From NCBI GenBank assembly GCA_964544585.1, contig CAZJBV010000007.1, positions 1-59,215 on the forward strand: DNA of 59,215 bases, in the 5' to 3' direction. Shown here one piece after another: positions 16,154 to 25,165 of the stretch. Below the pieces are notes generated by a model. That model saw nothing but the letters and a program-made list of their open reading frames with translations. It was not told where the DNA came from and made no database searches. A program made the position numbers and the translations under genes. Every line of letters starts with the position of its first letter. Positions within the stretch are counted from its first letter, which is position 1. Origin of the DNA: an uncultured Gammaproteobacteria bacterium (lineage in GTDB: Bacteria > Patescibacteriota > Microgenomatia > 2-02-FULL-39-11).

Positions 16154-18539
16154 ACATTTGCTCCCGTACATGTATTATAGATTCAAAAGAGGAGGGAGAC
16201 AAACGGTTAGCCTTCTCATAGGAAAAAATAATTCCATAACTCGGGAATTTTTTTCCTGCCTGCCCATTCGGAAGAACGGTCTGTGGTCTCTTCTGGTTCA
16301 AGCCATTCCTCCTTAATAAAAATTCAACACTCCCTGGCTTTTTCTTCCTTTTTAAGAAATGTTTTTTCGAGAAAGTTTTAGAAACCGACTCAATTTTAAG
16401 TTGCTTAAAAATACTTTTCAGTTTGCTAATAAAATATATAATTTTCTCAAAATCACCATTAAGAGAAATTATCATTCTTCCCTTCTTCAAAAGGCTTTTC
16501 TTCTGAATACTATTTACGTTAGAAGTATAAGTTTCATATTTTCTAAAATATTTCCTCTCCATTGTAAAAATGAATTTCAATACACTCATAGTCATAATTC
16601 TTTCTTTTAGCCAACCTTTTTCTAATCGACGTATATGTTTCCGGACCATTTTTTCTATATAAACTGTAGTTTTTTTAGTAATTCTGCCTTTTTTAAAATC
16701 TCTATATTGCTTGCTTTCTTTTCCATACAAAAGTAAAATCCATCTTCTAAGCTCCCTCTTCCCCTGCAAAATAGAAGATCTATCTTTTGAAACTCGTCTC
16801 CGCATCGTCTCTAAAAATTTCAACAATTTTCGTTGAGTTCGAAGAACTCTCAACACTCTCCTTTCTCGCTTCTTTATTTCTTTTTTAATATAGTTAACAG
16901 TCTTTTCTATAAATTTATATGGATTGGTCACAAATTCCTTAAAACGCCTTTTTTCTCTTCGTATAATTGTCTTTATTAATTCTTTCTTCGGCTGCAAAAA
17001 TTTACCTCTCTCCACCTTTTCCACAGATAATCTTTCTCGTCTCTGATATCTAATTCTCTGCTTCTTTGCTTCAAGCTTGGATACAACTTTTTTACCTTCC
17101 AAAGACCCCGAGGCAAAAGCCGTAGTTATATAATTTTTCAAAAGGCGATCTTTACCTGTAGGAACTTTTCTAGCAGTAGAAATAAATATCGTCTCCTTTC
17201 TCTTCCCCTTTCTTTGACTAAATCCGTCCAAAACTTCCTGAGAGAATATTTTTAATGAAGATTTACTGAAATCTCTTTTCTTCGCTTCCTTGGGCACAAA
17301 TATACTCTGCGAAGAAATACTACCATTTCTATGTAAGGGGCGATGTGCATTATAAATTTTACCCTTTATATCAGCAATTATAGCCAATCCTACTTCTTCG
17401 GCCTTTAATTTCCCTTTTCTTGGAATTATTTCTATCCCCGCAATCTTTTGCTCTGCCAATCTCCTCCAATATCTAAATCCTCTCCCACCAGAATGACCCC
17501 GATGCCGTTTTATTGGCTTGGTCAAATCCCTAAAACCTGAGTGATAAAGCGCTATTGGCTTTTCGGCAACTGCTTTAGATCGTGATTTCACTAAAGCAAT
17601 ATTTTCCCTTTCAGTAATTTTATGTCCAGTTGTTTTTACGGCAGACTGTTCTTTTTCATCCAATTGTCTTGCCCACGTCGCCAAACTCTGTCCGATTGTT
17701 CCTAAAGCATCTTGAGTACTCTTCTCATTAAGCAATTTTTGAACTTCTTTTCTTATATATCGTTCTTGTGCTGCAATATTCCTATCCCGTATCTCCTCTG
17801 GCATTTGAGCTTCATTTATAAGACGATGAATAGTTGGAGCAAATGCCTTTCTTTCTTCAATACTCAAACGATCAACATAAGTCAAAACAACATCCTCAAG
17901 TTTAAGATCGTCCTCCCCTTTTCGGCTATCTCGGACTACGACCACGTCTTTGATATTGCCATTTCGATCATGAGTCTTACCGGAAAATGCATCCAGAAAA
18001 TTCCACATGGAATCCATATCCTTATGTTGCAATTGTAAAGAGTACAGTTCTCCAGAATCTTTACCATCGTGTCTTGCAATATACATTCGATCACTACCAT
18101 CGCCTTCGGGACTAAACCAAATTACATCGCCATTTGTTCTATAAATAGTATCTGCAATCCCACCTATTCTCTTTCGAAGTAGTCCATTTTCTTCCAAAGA
18201 ATTAATAACATCTTCATAAGATCTATTCGCTTCATGTGCAAAATATACCGTATCTTTGAGAATCTTCTCCCCTGTCACTACATCGGTAACAATAGCTTTT
18301 CCTGTCCTAAAAGGCACTTTATCAATTTTTAAACCCTGTCCCTGCTGTCTATAAAATTCATTTACTTCCGTTCTCGCATTAACAGTCAATGAATCAATCG
18401 CCTGACGCCGCGACATTACTTTATTGTTATACAATCCCTCACCAATAGCCCGAGCAGTTCTACCCACATTAAAACCATGTTTGTCCAACTTTCCTGGTAT
18501 TCCTCCTGGCATGCCCCCGGGAGCTTCTGCATTCATCAT
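16146..18539 (-). CDS. Large hypothetical protein with a very Lys/Arg-rich C-terminal half
   Basis: 797-aa open frame directly downstream of the B12 riboswitch terminator. Confidence 0.7.
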   Translation of the reverse strand: MMNAEAPGGMPGGIPGKLDKHGFNVGRTARAIGEGLYNNKVMSRRQAIDSLTVNARTEVNEFYRQQGQGLKIDKVPFRTGKAIVTDVVTGEKILKDTVYFAHEANRSYEDVINSLEENGLLRKRIGGIADTIYRTNGDVIWFSPEGDGSDRMYIARHDGKDSGELYSLQLQHKDMDSMWNFLDAFSGKTHDRNGNIKDVVVVRDSRKGEDDLKLEDVVLTYVDRLSIEERKAFAPTIHRLINEAQMPEEIRDRNIAAQERYIRKEVQKLLNEKSTQDALGTIGQSLATWARQLDEKEQSAVKTTGHKITERENIALVKSRSKAVAEKPIALYHSGFRDLTKPIKRHRGHSGGRGFRYWRRLAEQKIAGIEIIPRKGKLKAEEVGLAIIADIKGKIYNAHRPLHRNGSISSQSIFVPKEAKKRDFSKSSLKIFSQEVLDGFSQRKGKRKETIFISTARKVPTGKDRLLKNYITTAFASGSLEGKKVVSKLEAKKQRIRYQRRERLSVEKVERGKFLQPKKELIKTIIRREKRRFKEFVTNPYKFIEKTVNYIKKEIKKRERRVLRVLRTQRKLLKFLETMRRRVSKDRSSILQGKRELRRWILLLYGKESKQYRDFKKGRITKKTTVYIEKMVRKHIRRLEKGWLKERIMTMSVLKFIFTMERKYFRKYETYTSNVNSIQKKSLLKKGRMIISLNGDFEKIIYFISKLKSIFKQLKIESVSKTFSKKHFLKRKKKPGSVEFLLRRNGLNQKRPQTVLPNGQAGKKFPSYGIIFSYEKANRLSPSSFESIIHVREQMYG

Positions 18540-18546
18540 AATAAAT

Positions 18547-18570
18547 AAAAACCCTCTCTCTCGAGAAGGT
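18547..18570 (-). terminator. Intrinsic terminator of the cobalamin riboswitch expression platform
   Basis: ACCUUCUC-GAGA-GAGAGGGU followed by UUUUAUUU. Confidence 0.75.
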
Positions 18571-18625
18571 TAACCCACAACTTTCTTTCTCCTGCTCGGG
18601 ATAATCCACCTATTTCTGGCGAAAG

Positions 18626-18725
18626 AGGCTAGTTCCCGGCTTCCCCCCGATTTAATCGGGGGATCACGGTTGCGGCACAGTCCTTGATTCCCACAAGGTT
18701 CCTACGTCCTCTTCCAAACTATATC
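18626..18725 (-). promoter_or_regulatory. Cobalamin (B12) riboswitch
   Basis: UAGUU...AGGAA-CCUUG-UGGGAAU-CAAGG-ACUGUGCCGCAACCGUGA-[hairpin]-AGCCGGGAACUA; follows the B12-element order (T-loop hairpin, GCAAC kissing loop, AGCCRG box; UAGUU pairs with AACUA). Confidence 0.8.
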
Positions 18726-19244
18726 CCCCACTCCATGTTTCCAATTCAACCATCGCCCAATTATAAATAAAACATCAGACAATCTATTAAAGTATACCAA
18801 AATATTAGAATCTATATTTTCTTCTTTAGAAAGCTGTACCAACTTCCTTTCTGCCCGCCTGACAACACTTCTAGCAAAATGAGCAGTCGCTGAATCCGCT
18901 CTTCCTCCTGGTAGAATAAAATTCCTAAGTTCCGGCAGATCACCATCCAAACCATCAATAAATTGTTCAAAAGAGTTTACTCTCCTTTTCAAAATAGAAA
19001 TGTCTTCATTGGCACCCGCAAGCACCGCCCCAATCTTAAAAAGATCCTTTTGTACGGAAAGTAAAAACTCTTTTATTACTTTGTCGTCGCAAAAAGCTAT
19101 TACCATTCCCAAAACGCTGTTCAATTCATCCACAGTTCCATACGCCTCAACCCGTAAAGAATCTTTCCCAGTTCTTTTTCCACCATAAAGCGAAGTTTCA
19201 CCGCGATCCCCAGTTCGGGTATAGATTTTGACTCTTGAAGACAT
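18702..19244 (-). CDS. pduO: ATP:cob(I)alamin adenosyltransferase, PduO type
   Basis: KIYTRTGD.GET.L..G.R..K...RVEAYGTVDELNS; FILPGG; RSVVRRAER; YFNRLSD. Confidence 0.95.
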   Translation of the reverse strand: MSSRVKIYTRTGDRGETSLYGGKRTGKDSLRVEAYGTVDELNSVLGMVIAFCDDKVIKEFLLSVQKDLFKIGAVLAGANEDISILKRRVNSFEQFIDGLDGDLPELRNFILPGGRADSATAHFARSVVRRAERKLVQLSKEENIDSNILVYFNRLSDVLFIIGRWLNWKHGVGDIVWKRT

Positions 19245-19251
19245 AGAAAAA

Positions 19252-19340
19252 GATATTAAGTGCAAAAGATACTAAGATAGTAAGTGCAATATTAATTTTA
19301 TCTCTTAATATCTCAATATCCTAATATCTTAATATCTCAT
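19252..19340. repeat. Inverted GATA/TATC arrays (8-nt period) between nrdJ and pduO
   Basis: GATA at 19252/19268/19276 with taagtgca twice; TATC at 19299/19309/19317/19325/19333. Confidence 0.7.
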
Positions 19341-21734
19341 CTAACATTCCGAGTATCCACAGGCGTAGCATTTTTTGCATCCTTCCTCATAGGCTAAAGA
19401 GGCTTCCCCACACGAAGGACACAAATCAAAATCAGAAGCTGCAGCCGGCAATAACTGCTGCGTCATTACCGATACCGGTTTTACTTCCTGTTTCAGCTCT
19501 ATTTTTACCTCAGAGGAAATCTGAGAACCATTCCCATTTTTAAGGGCAAAATTAAGATGCATCGCCAAAGCCTTGGCTACAGCATCGGGCAAAGAACGCA
19601 CTCTCTTTTCCCCAAATCCCAAAGACTTCGACCCTCCAATCCCTATCAGCTGATTAAATACCTGTTTTGCCCGCTCTTTGGGCGAAAGAGGCGACGCCAC
19701 CCTCAGCATCGCTGAAATTACTCTTCCCAATGCCTCAGCCATCGCCGCCACATCAGACCCTGCCTTCCCTACATTGATAAAAACTTCCAAAGGCTCATTA
19801 TTACCATTGGTATTTATAGTCACAAATGCAGTCCCGACAGGCGTATCAATCTGGTATGTTGCCCCTGAAACCATCATTGGTCTTGGCTTAATTTCAGGTA
19901 CGACAACCGTTTCCCCGTTTGGTTTTGCCATCTGCTTTTCCTCCCTGCTTGCCCGTCCGGCAGGCGGGCCTGCCGGCAAGGCAGGCTTTTTAGCATCAGT
20001 TCTCTCCAAAACTCCAGGACGCGACCCTTCTCTCATGTAAGTCACACCCTTACAACCCAATTCATACGCCAACGTATACAATTTCTTTACATCTTCTACC
20101 GTATGATTATTAGGAGCATTAACTGTTTTTGAAATCGAGGCATCAACATGACTTTGAATCGCCGCCTGCACCTTCACATGATCCTCCGGCGTCAGATCAT
20201 TAGCCGACACAAAATATTCAGGTACTGGATCGCGAGGATTTGCCTTTTTCCATTCGTCAAACAGAGGATGATAAAGAATATGCTCTCCCAGTCGATCGCG
20301 TCTTATAAACGAAAATTCATAAACAGGTTCAATCCCCGACGTAGTCCCGGAAAGTAATGAAGTCGATCCCGTCGGTGCCTGCTGTGTCAAAATCGAGTTT
20401 CTTATCCCCCACTTCAACATTTTCTTTCTCAAAGACTCAGGCAGTTTTTTGATAAAGTAGCCTTGTAGATATTTTTTCTTATCAAACTTGGGAAAAACAC
20501 CTTTTTCTTTGGCAATTTCGATAGATGCTTCATACACCGAATCGCGAATTAGCTTATAAATTTTATCTATTACCCTAATTGACTCATCAGAACCATATCT
20601 CAATTTCATCTTAATAAGCGCATCCCCAAGTCCCATCGTTCCCACTCCAATTCTTCTTTCCCCCTCCAATTGCACTTTACGAATTTCGTCAAAAACATAT
20701 ACGTCAGCATCAACTACATTATCTTGAAATCTCACCGCCACTTTTGCCGTTTCAGATAGACCCTTGTAATCCATTTTCCCATCCTTCACAAACTGAGAAA
20801 GATTAATAGATCCCAAATTACAAACCCCCCAAGGTGGAAGTCCCTCTTCACCGCACGGATTTACACAATTTACTTTCTCCCAATACCAATTGTTAAACCA
20901 TTTATTGTATCTCTCCATAAATACCACTCCCGGTTCAGCAGATCCCCATGCCGCATCACAAATCAAATCCCACATTTTTCTTGCCGAAACTCTTTTTGTT
21001 ACCTTTACCTTTCCTCCCTTTTTCACCCATTCATCTAAATCTCCATCCCACTCGCTATCATACTTAGGATCTGAAATATCAGGAAACTTCAATTCCCATT
21101 CCGCATCTTTTTTGACTGCCGCCATAAACTTGTCAGATACACACACAGAAAGATTGGCACCAGTAATTCTAGTCAAATCCCTCTTTACCGTTATAAATTC
21201 TTCCACATCTGGATGCCAATCCCAAAGCATAAGCATTAAAGCGCCTCTCCGACTCCCCCCTTGCTGAATAATATCTTTTGTCGCAACACTAAAAAGTTCT
21301 GCCCAATTACATGGTCCCGAAGAATGTCCATTTACTTTTCGCACATATGCTCCTCTTGGTCTCAAAGATGAAAGATTTATTCCTACCCCACCACCCCTTG
21401 CCATAATCTCCACCATCTGTGAAAGCGTTTTCAATATTCCTTCCCGAGAATCATGCGGTGAAGGAATGACAAAGCAATTATAAAAAGTCACTTTTGTTCT
21501 TGTTCCCGCCCCAGCCAAAATCCGACCCCCAGGAACATACTTAAAATCTTCCATCGCTTTGTAAAACCTTTTCTCCCAAGTGTTCCTCTCACCCTTCGTC
21601 GTCTCCACTTCAGAAACTGCAGCAGCCACTCTCCTCCACATTTCTTCCGGAGTCTTTTCCACAGGCTGTCCTTTATCGTTTTTGAGTGCATAGCGGTCAA
21701 GAAAAACTTGTTCCCGTATTCCAGTAAGTTTCAT
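19341..21734 (-). CDS. nrdJ: Class II (AdoCbl-dependent) ribonucleotide reductase with C-terminal TSCPD/Zn-ribbon region
   Basis: PGGRILAG, YNCFV, GGGVG.NLS.LRP, NPCGE, CNLGSINL, APTGS, ISKTVN, terminal CPSC...C..CGYSEC. Confidence 0.95.
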   Translation of the reverse strand: MKLTGIREQVFLDRYALKNDKGQPVEKTPEEMWRRVAAAVSEVETTKGERNTWEKRFYKAMEDFKYVPGGRILAGAGTRTKVTFYNCFVIPSPHDSREGILKTLSQMVEIMARGGGVGINLSSLRPRGAYVRKVNGHSSGPCNWAELFSVATKDIIQQGGSRRGALMLMLWDWHPDVEEFITVKRDLTRITGANLSVCVSDKFMAAVKKDAEWELKFPDISDPKYDSEWDGDLDEWVKKGGKVKVTKRVSARKMWDLICDAAWGSAEPGVVFMERYNKWFNNWYWEKVNCVNPCGEEGLPPWGVCNLGSINLSQFVKDGKMDYKGLSETAKVAVRFQDNVVDADVYVFDEIRKVQLEGERRIGVGTMGLGDALIKMKLRYGSDESIRVIDKIYKLIRDSVYEASIEIAKEKGVFPKFDKKKYLQGYFIKKLPESLRKKMLKWGIRNSILTQQAPTGSTSLLSGTTSGIEPVYEFSFIRRDRLGEHILYHPLFDEWKKANPRDPVPEYFVSANDLTPEDHVKVQAAIQSHVDASISKTVNAPNNHTVEDVKKLYTLAYELGCKGVTYMREGSRPGVLERTDAKKPALPAGPPAGRASREEKQMAKPNGETVVVPEIKPRPMMVSGATYQIDTPVGTAFVTINTNGNNEPLEVFINVGKAGSDVAAMAEALGRVISAMLRVASPLSPKERAKQVFNQLIGIGGSKSLGFGEKRVRSLPDAVAKALAMHLNFALKNGNGSQISSEVKIELKQEVKPVSVMTQQLLPAAASDFDLCPSCGEASLAYEEGCKKCYACGYSEC
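19944..19985. repeat. 42-bp nested 'PAGRQ' element, in frame in nrdJ
   Basis: cctgcttgcccgtccggcaggcgggcctgccggcaaggcagg; removing it gives KKEEK. Confidence 0.88.
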
Positions 21735-21750
21735 AAAGTTTATCCCTCAA

Positions 21751-22197
21751 TTAAATTAATTTATAAAGTTCCTTCTTAAAATCCTCCACATCCAAAAACC
21801 TTCGAAACACAGACGCAAATCGTATATATGCAATCTTGTCAATTTTTTTAAGTTTTGTCGCCGTAATCTGCCCGATTTTTTTACTATCCACCTCCACACT
21901 ATCCATTCCCCGTAACTCCCTCTCTACCTCATCAACTATTTTCTCTATCTCCTCAATCCCAACTGTCGTCTTCTCGCAAGCCTTCAATATTCCATTTTTA
22001 AGTTTATCCCTGGAAAACTGTTCCTTCCTCCCATCTTTCTTCATCACAATTATCGGTACCGTCTCTATCCTTTCATATGTCGTAAACCTCTTCCCGCATT
22101 TTATACACTCTCTTCTTCGCCGCGTTGTAGACAGGTCCTCATTATCCCTTGTTTCTACGACCTCTGTATCAAGATTCTCGCAATATGGACACTTCAT
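21751..22197 (-). CDS. nrdR: Transcriptional repressor NrdR
   Basis: MKCPYC, RRRRECIKCGKRFTTYER, ATP-cone, AYIRFASV. Confidence 0.97.
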   Translation of the reverse strand: MKCPYCENLDTEVVETRDNEDLSTTRRRRECIKCGKRFTTYERIETVPIIVMKKDGRKEQFSRDKLKNGILKACEKTTVGIEEIEKIVDEVERELRGMDSVEVDSKKIGQITATKLKKIDKIAYIRFASVFRRFLDVEDFKKELYKLI

Positions 22198-22272
22198 AAA
22201 ATTCTTGGCAAATAATCCCAAAAATCATCGATTTAGCGCATAAAAAACACGCTTTTTGCGTGAACTCATTAT

Positions 22273-22324
22273 ACCCCATCTATAGTGTCAAAAAAATCGT
22301 AAGACACTATATAGATACTGTCAA
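22273..22324 (-). promoter_or_regulatory. nrdR-nrdJ promoter with tandem NrdR boxes
   Basis: TTGACA(22319-24)-17 nt-TACGAT(22296-301); box-like 16-mers accccatctatagtgt (22273) and acactatatagatact (22304), 31 bp apart. Confidence 0.75.
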
Positions 22325-22489
22325 GAGTCCAAACAACATCAAAGTATACCACTTTATTTTTTAGCTTCAAAGTCCTCCCCAACCTTAAATATTTTAACTA
22401 CAAAATTATCACCCCAAAACCACCGAACACACCTCTAGTTCAAACAAAAACAAATGGGGTTTTATATACTGCTAAAAAATTTCAAAAGT

Positions 22490-22990
22490 TTAGCGTAGAT
22501 TTTGTTCAATTTGCATAAGAAGTTGGTCTATATCTTTCCACTTTCCCCCAACCACCTCCTCATGCTTTTTATAAGCAGTTCTTAGCCTTTCCCGAAGTCT
22601 ATCTCCGCTTTCTAGATTTCGTTTTCGCAGTAAAACAAGCTCTTCTGTTGCTCGCAAAAAATACTTTTCTCCCTTAGATATGGTTGATCTGGCAAGTTCC
22701 TCATTTTCCTTCTCCATAAGTAATCTTCCCATCACAAGCCGTTTATCTGCCATCAAAAGTAGAAACTCCACCCTTTTTTCCGGATTGCTGGTAAATAAAT
22801 CTACAATTTTGTCTCTTATAGTTTTCAAAAAATATAAAGGATGATCAGGCAATATCCCAGGATAAGGAAGATCATAGGCAACAGGAGTAGGCGCTGGCTT
22901 GGAGACAGAAGCAGTCGGCGTCTTCGCAAATATCCCAATTGGAAAAATGAGAGACAAAACCAAAAACATCAAAACTCCTCTTTTCCTCAT
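22490..22990 (-). CDS. DUF5667-like exported protein
   Basis: Signal/TM then 'YDLPYPGILPDHPLYFLK.IRD.I...ADKR'. Confidence 0.8.
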   Translation of the reverse strand: MRKRGVLMFLVLSLIFPIGIFAKTPTASVSKPAPTPVAYDLPYPGILPDHPLYFLKTIRDKIVDLFTSNPEKRVEFLLLMADKRLVMGRLLMEKENEELARSTISKGEKYFLRATEELVLLRKRNLESGDRLRERLRTAYKKHEEVVGGKWKDIDQLLMQIEQNLR

Positions 22991-22997
22991 AACAATA

Positions 22998-23558
22998 TTA
23001 TATACCTCCTTTTCTATATCCGACCTTCTCAAGTACAATCTCAAGCGTTTCCCCAGGCCCATATTTATAGGTATCAATTACCAAATCATAGAGCTTTGGG
23101 TTCCAGAAATCATGAGTCCCATATAACTTCTCCCATTTCTCCATATTCTCTCTCTCCCTCACTCGTAGGTGCTCCTTTGCTTCCTCAACAGTTATTCCAT
23201 CACGATTGACAATCCGGTCAATCCTCAAACTATCCTCACACACTAAAAGAATCTTTAATACTCCCGAAATCCCCCGTGCATTAAACCCGGCCAAATCCGA
23301 CTCTACAACCAAATTATTCTCATTCATCAAACGCTCTCTGATCATCGAATCAACTTTTTTATCAAATTCATCACTATAGTCAGTTGCTTTATGATGATAT
23401 TTATTTTCCTTGGAAAATAACTTTTGTTTCACCGCATATTCCCTCATATATTCCCCTCCGGAAAAAAATGTCCAGTCCAAAAGTTTGTGTTTCAGGTTAT
23501 TAAAAAGAGTCGTCGATCCCGCTCCAGCTTTTCCCGAAATTGTAATATTTCGCCACAT
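22998..23558 (-). CDS. cmk: Cytidylate kinase (archaeal-type NMP kinase)
   Basis: ITISGKAGAGSTT P-loop, SGG..R, VVESDL, YDLVIDT. Confidence 0.8.
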   Translation of the reverse strand: MWRNITISGKAGAGSTTLFNNLKHKLLDWTFFSGGEYMREYAVKQKLFSKENKYHHKATDYSDEFDKKVDSMIRERLMNENNLVVESDLAGFNARGISGVLKILLVCEDSLRIDRIVNRDGITVEEAKEHLRVRERENMEKWEKLYGTHDFWNPKLYDLVIDTYKYGPGETLEIVLEKVGYRKGGI

Positions 23559-23578
23559 ACTCTTATACTATAAACTAA

Positions 23579-25165
23579 ATGCTACCTAAAAAAAATCTTA
23601 TCTTCATATTTCTCATTCTCATTCTCTCATTTCTTTTAAGAATTTATAAATTGGACCAAATTCCCAATAGTATCTCGGCTGATGAAGCGAGCTTCGGGTA
23701 CAATGCCTACTCGATATTAAAAACAGGTAAAGATGAATTTGGTATTACTTTCCCGCTCCTTTTCCGTTCATTCGATGATTACAAAAACCCCCTCTTCGTC
23801 TACACACTGGTCCCTTTTATACTTATGTTTGGCTTGACTGAATGGGCTATTAGATTTCCTTCTGTCATCCTCGGAATACTCGTTGTCATCACCAGTTTTT
23901 TTATTACACGTCTACTTATAAAAAACAATAAACTTTCCCTTCTTACAGCATTTTTTGCCGCGACATCCCCATGGCTTATACAGTATAGTCGTGTCTCAAT
24001 CGATACAATCATTGCTCTAAACTTTCTCATCCTCGGAGTACTCTTCTATCTTCTCAGAAAAAAACACGGATTCTGGCTATTACTCTCTTCTCTGGCACTT
24101 GCCCTATCGTTTTGGTCATACCACTCGTCACGAATCTGGGCTGTCGGTTTTGTCATATTAACATCCCTTTATTCATTGTTTTTAGAAAAGGAAAGAAGAA
24201 AAATTGTACTCGTAAGTGTGATAATTTTTATCCTTCTCTGTCTACCATATATATATATTTCTCAAAAAACCAATACCTATACGAGATTATCAGGAATAAG
24301 CGTCTTTGCGGACAAGGAAGATTTGTACCAAGAAGCATACTTCTTAAAAGAAGACCTAGAAAAAGGCAATCTCTTAGGAAAGCTTATCCATAATCGGCGA
24401 CTTGTTCCTCTAAACCAGGCAATAAATGGCTACCTTAATATCTTAAATCCCCAAATCCTCTTTTCTCAAAACAAGCACAATCAAATCGCCCAAACCCGCC
24501 TCCTCTTTCTCTGGCAGGCTCCACTTATAGTTATAGGACTCATTTATCTTGGCAAAACAAGGGTCAAACTCCTCTTTTTCCTTCTCTTTTGGATTGGACT
24601 AGGGCTTCTTCCAGGTGCCATAACTATTTATCCCCCTTTTGACCGTAGGATCTTAACCATAAGTTATCCCCTTATTCTTCTTACTATACTTGGACTGCGC
24701 AAAACTATTTTCTACCCTCTCTTTTTTCTTGTATTTCTCATTTCTTTTACTTTTTATACCCATCACTACTTCATTCACGGACAAAACACAGTCGTCGAAC
24801 TCTGGGGAAATGGCATGAGGCAAGTAATAGAAGAAACAAAAAAAGAAAAAACAAATTATGACAAAGTCATCGTCTCACTAAAACTCAACCAACCCCTCAT
24901 CTTTTTCCTCTTCTACGAAAAATACCCTCCCCAAAAATATTTACAAGAAGGCGGCACTGTAAGCGGCGGATATCTCGACGAAAGAGGAAAATTTGAAAAA
25001 TATCAGTTCAGAAATATCACTCCCCAAACTTATGCCCTTAATACCCTCTACGTCTGGAACACTGGAGAAAACCTTCCCTGCCTCAAACCCCTTAAAACCA
25101 TAAACCAATCTGACGGCAAACCCCTTGCCCGTATAGGTCATTATGATCCATTAGGATGCAAATAG
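23579..25165 (+). CDS. GT-C membrane glycosyltransferase (GT39/ArnT-like)
   Basis: Multi-TM; 'ADEASFGYNAYSILKTGKDE.G', IRFPS, SPW.IQYSR. Confidence 0.85.
   Translation: MLPKKNLIFIFLILILSFLLRIYKLDQIPNSISADEASFGYNAYSILKTGKDEFGITFPLLFRSFDDYKNPLFVYTLVPFILMFGLTEWAIRFPSVILGILVVITSFFITRLLIKNNKLSLLTAFFAATSPWLIQYSRVSIDTIIALNFLILGVLFYLLRKKHGFWLLLSSLALALSFWSYHSSRIWAVGFVILTSLYSLFLEKERRKIVLVSVIIFILLCLPYIYISQKTNTYTRLSGISVFADKEDLYQEAYFLKEDLEKGNLLGKLIHNRRLVPLNQAINGYLNILNPQILFSQNKHNQIAQTRLLFLWQAPLIVIGLIYLGKTRVKLLFFLLFWIGLGLLPGAITIYPPFDRRILTISYPLILLTILGLRKTIFYPLFFLVFLISFTFYTHHYFIHGQNTVVELWGNGMRQVIEETKKEKTNYDKVIVSLKLNQPLIFFLFYEKYPPQKYLQEGGTVSGGYLDERGKFEKYQFRNITPQTYALNTLYVWNTGENLPCLKPLKTINQSDGKPLARIGHYDPLGCK

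Noticed and set aside
19341-21734. Intein or intron in nrdJ
   Set aside because: Normal length and continuous motifs; the only extra sequence is the 14-aa palindrome-derived insert
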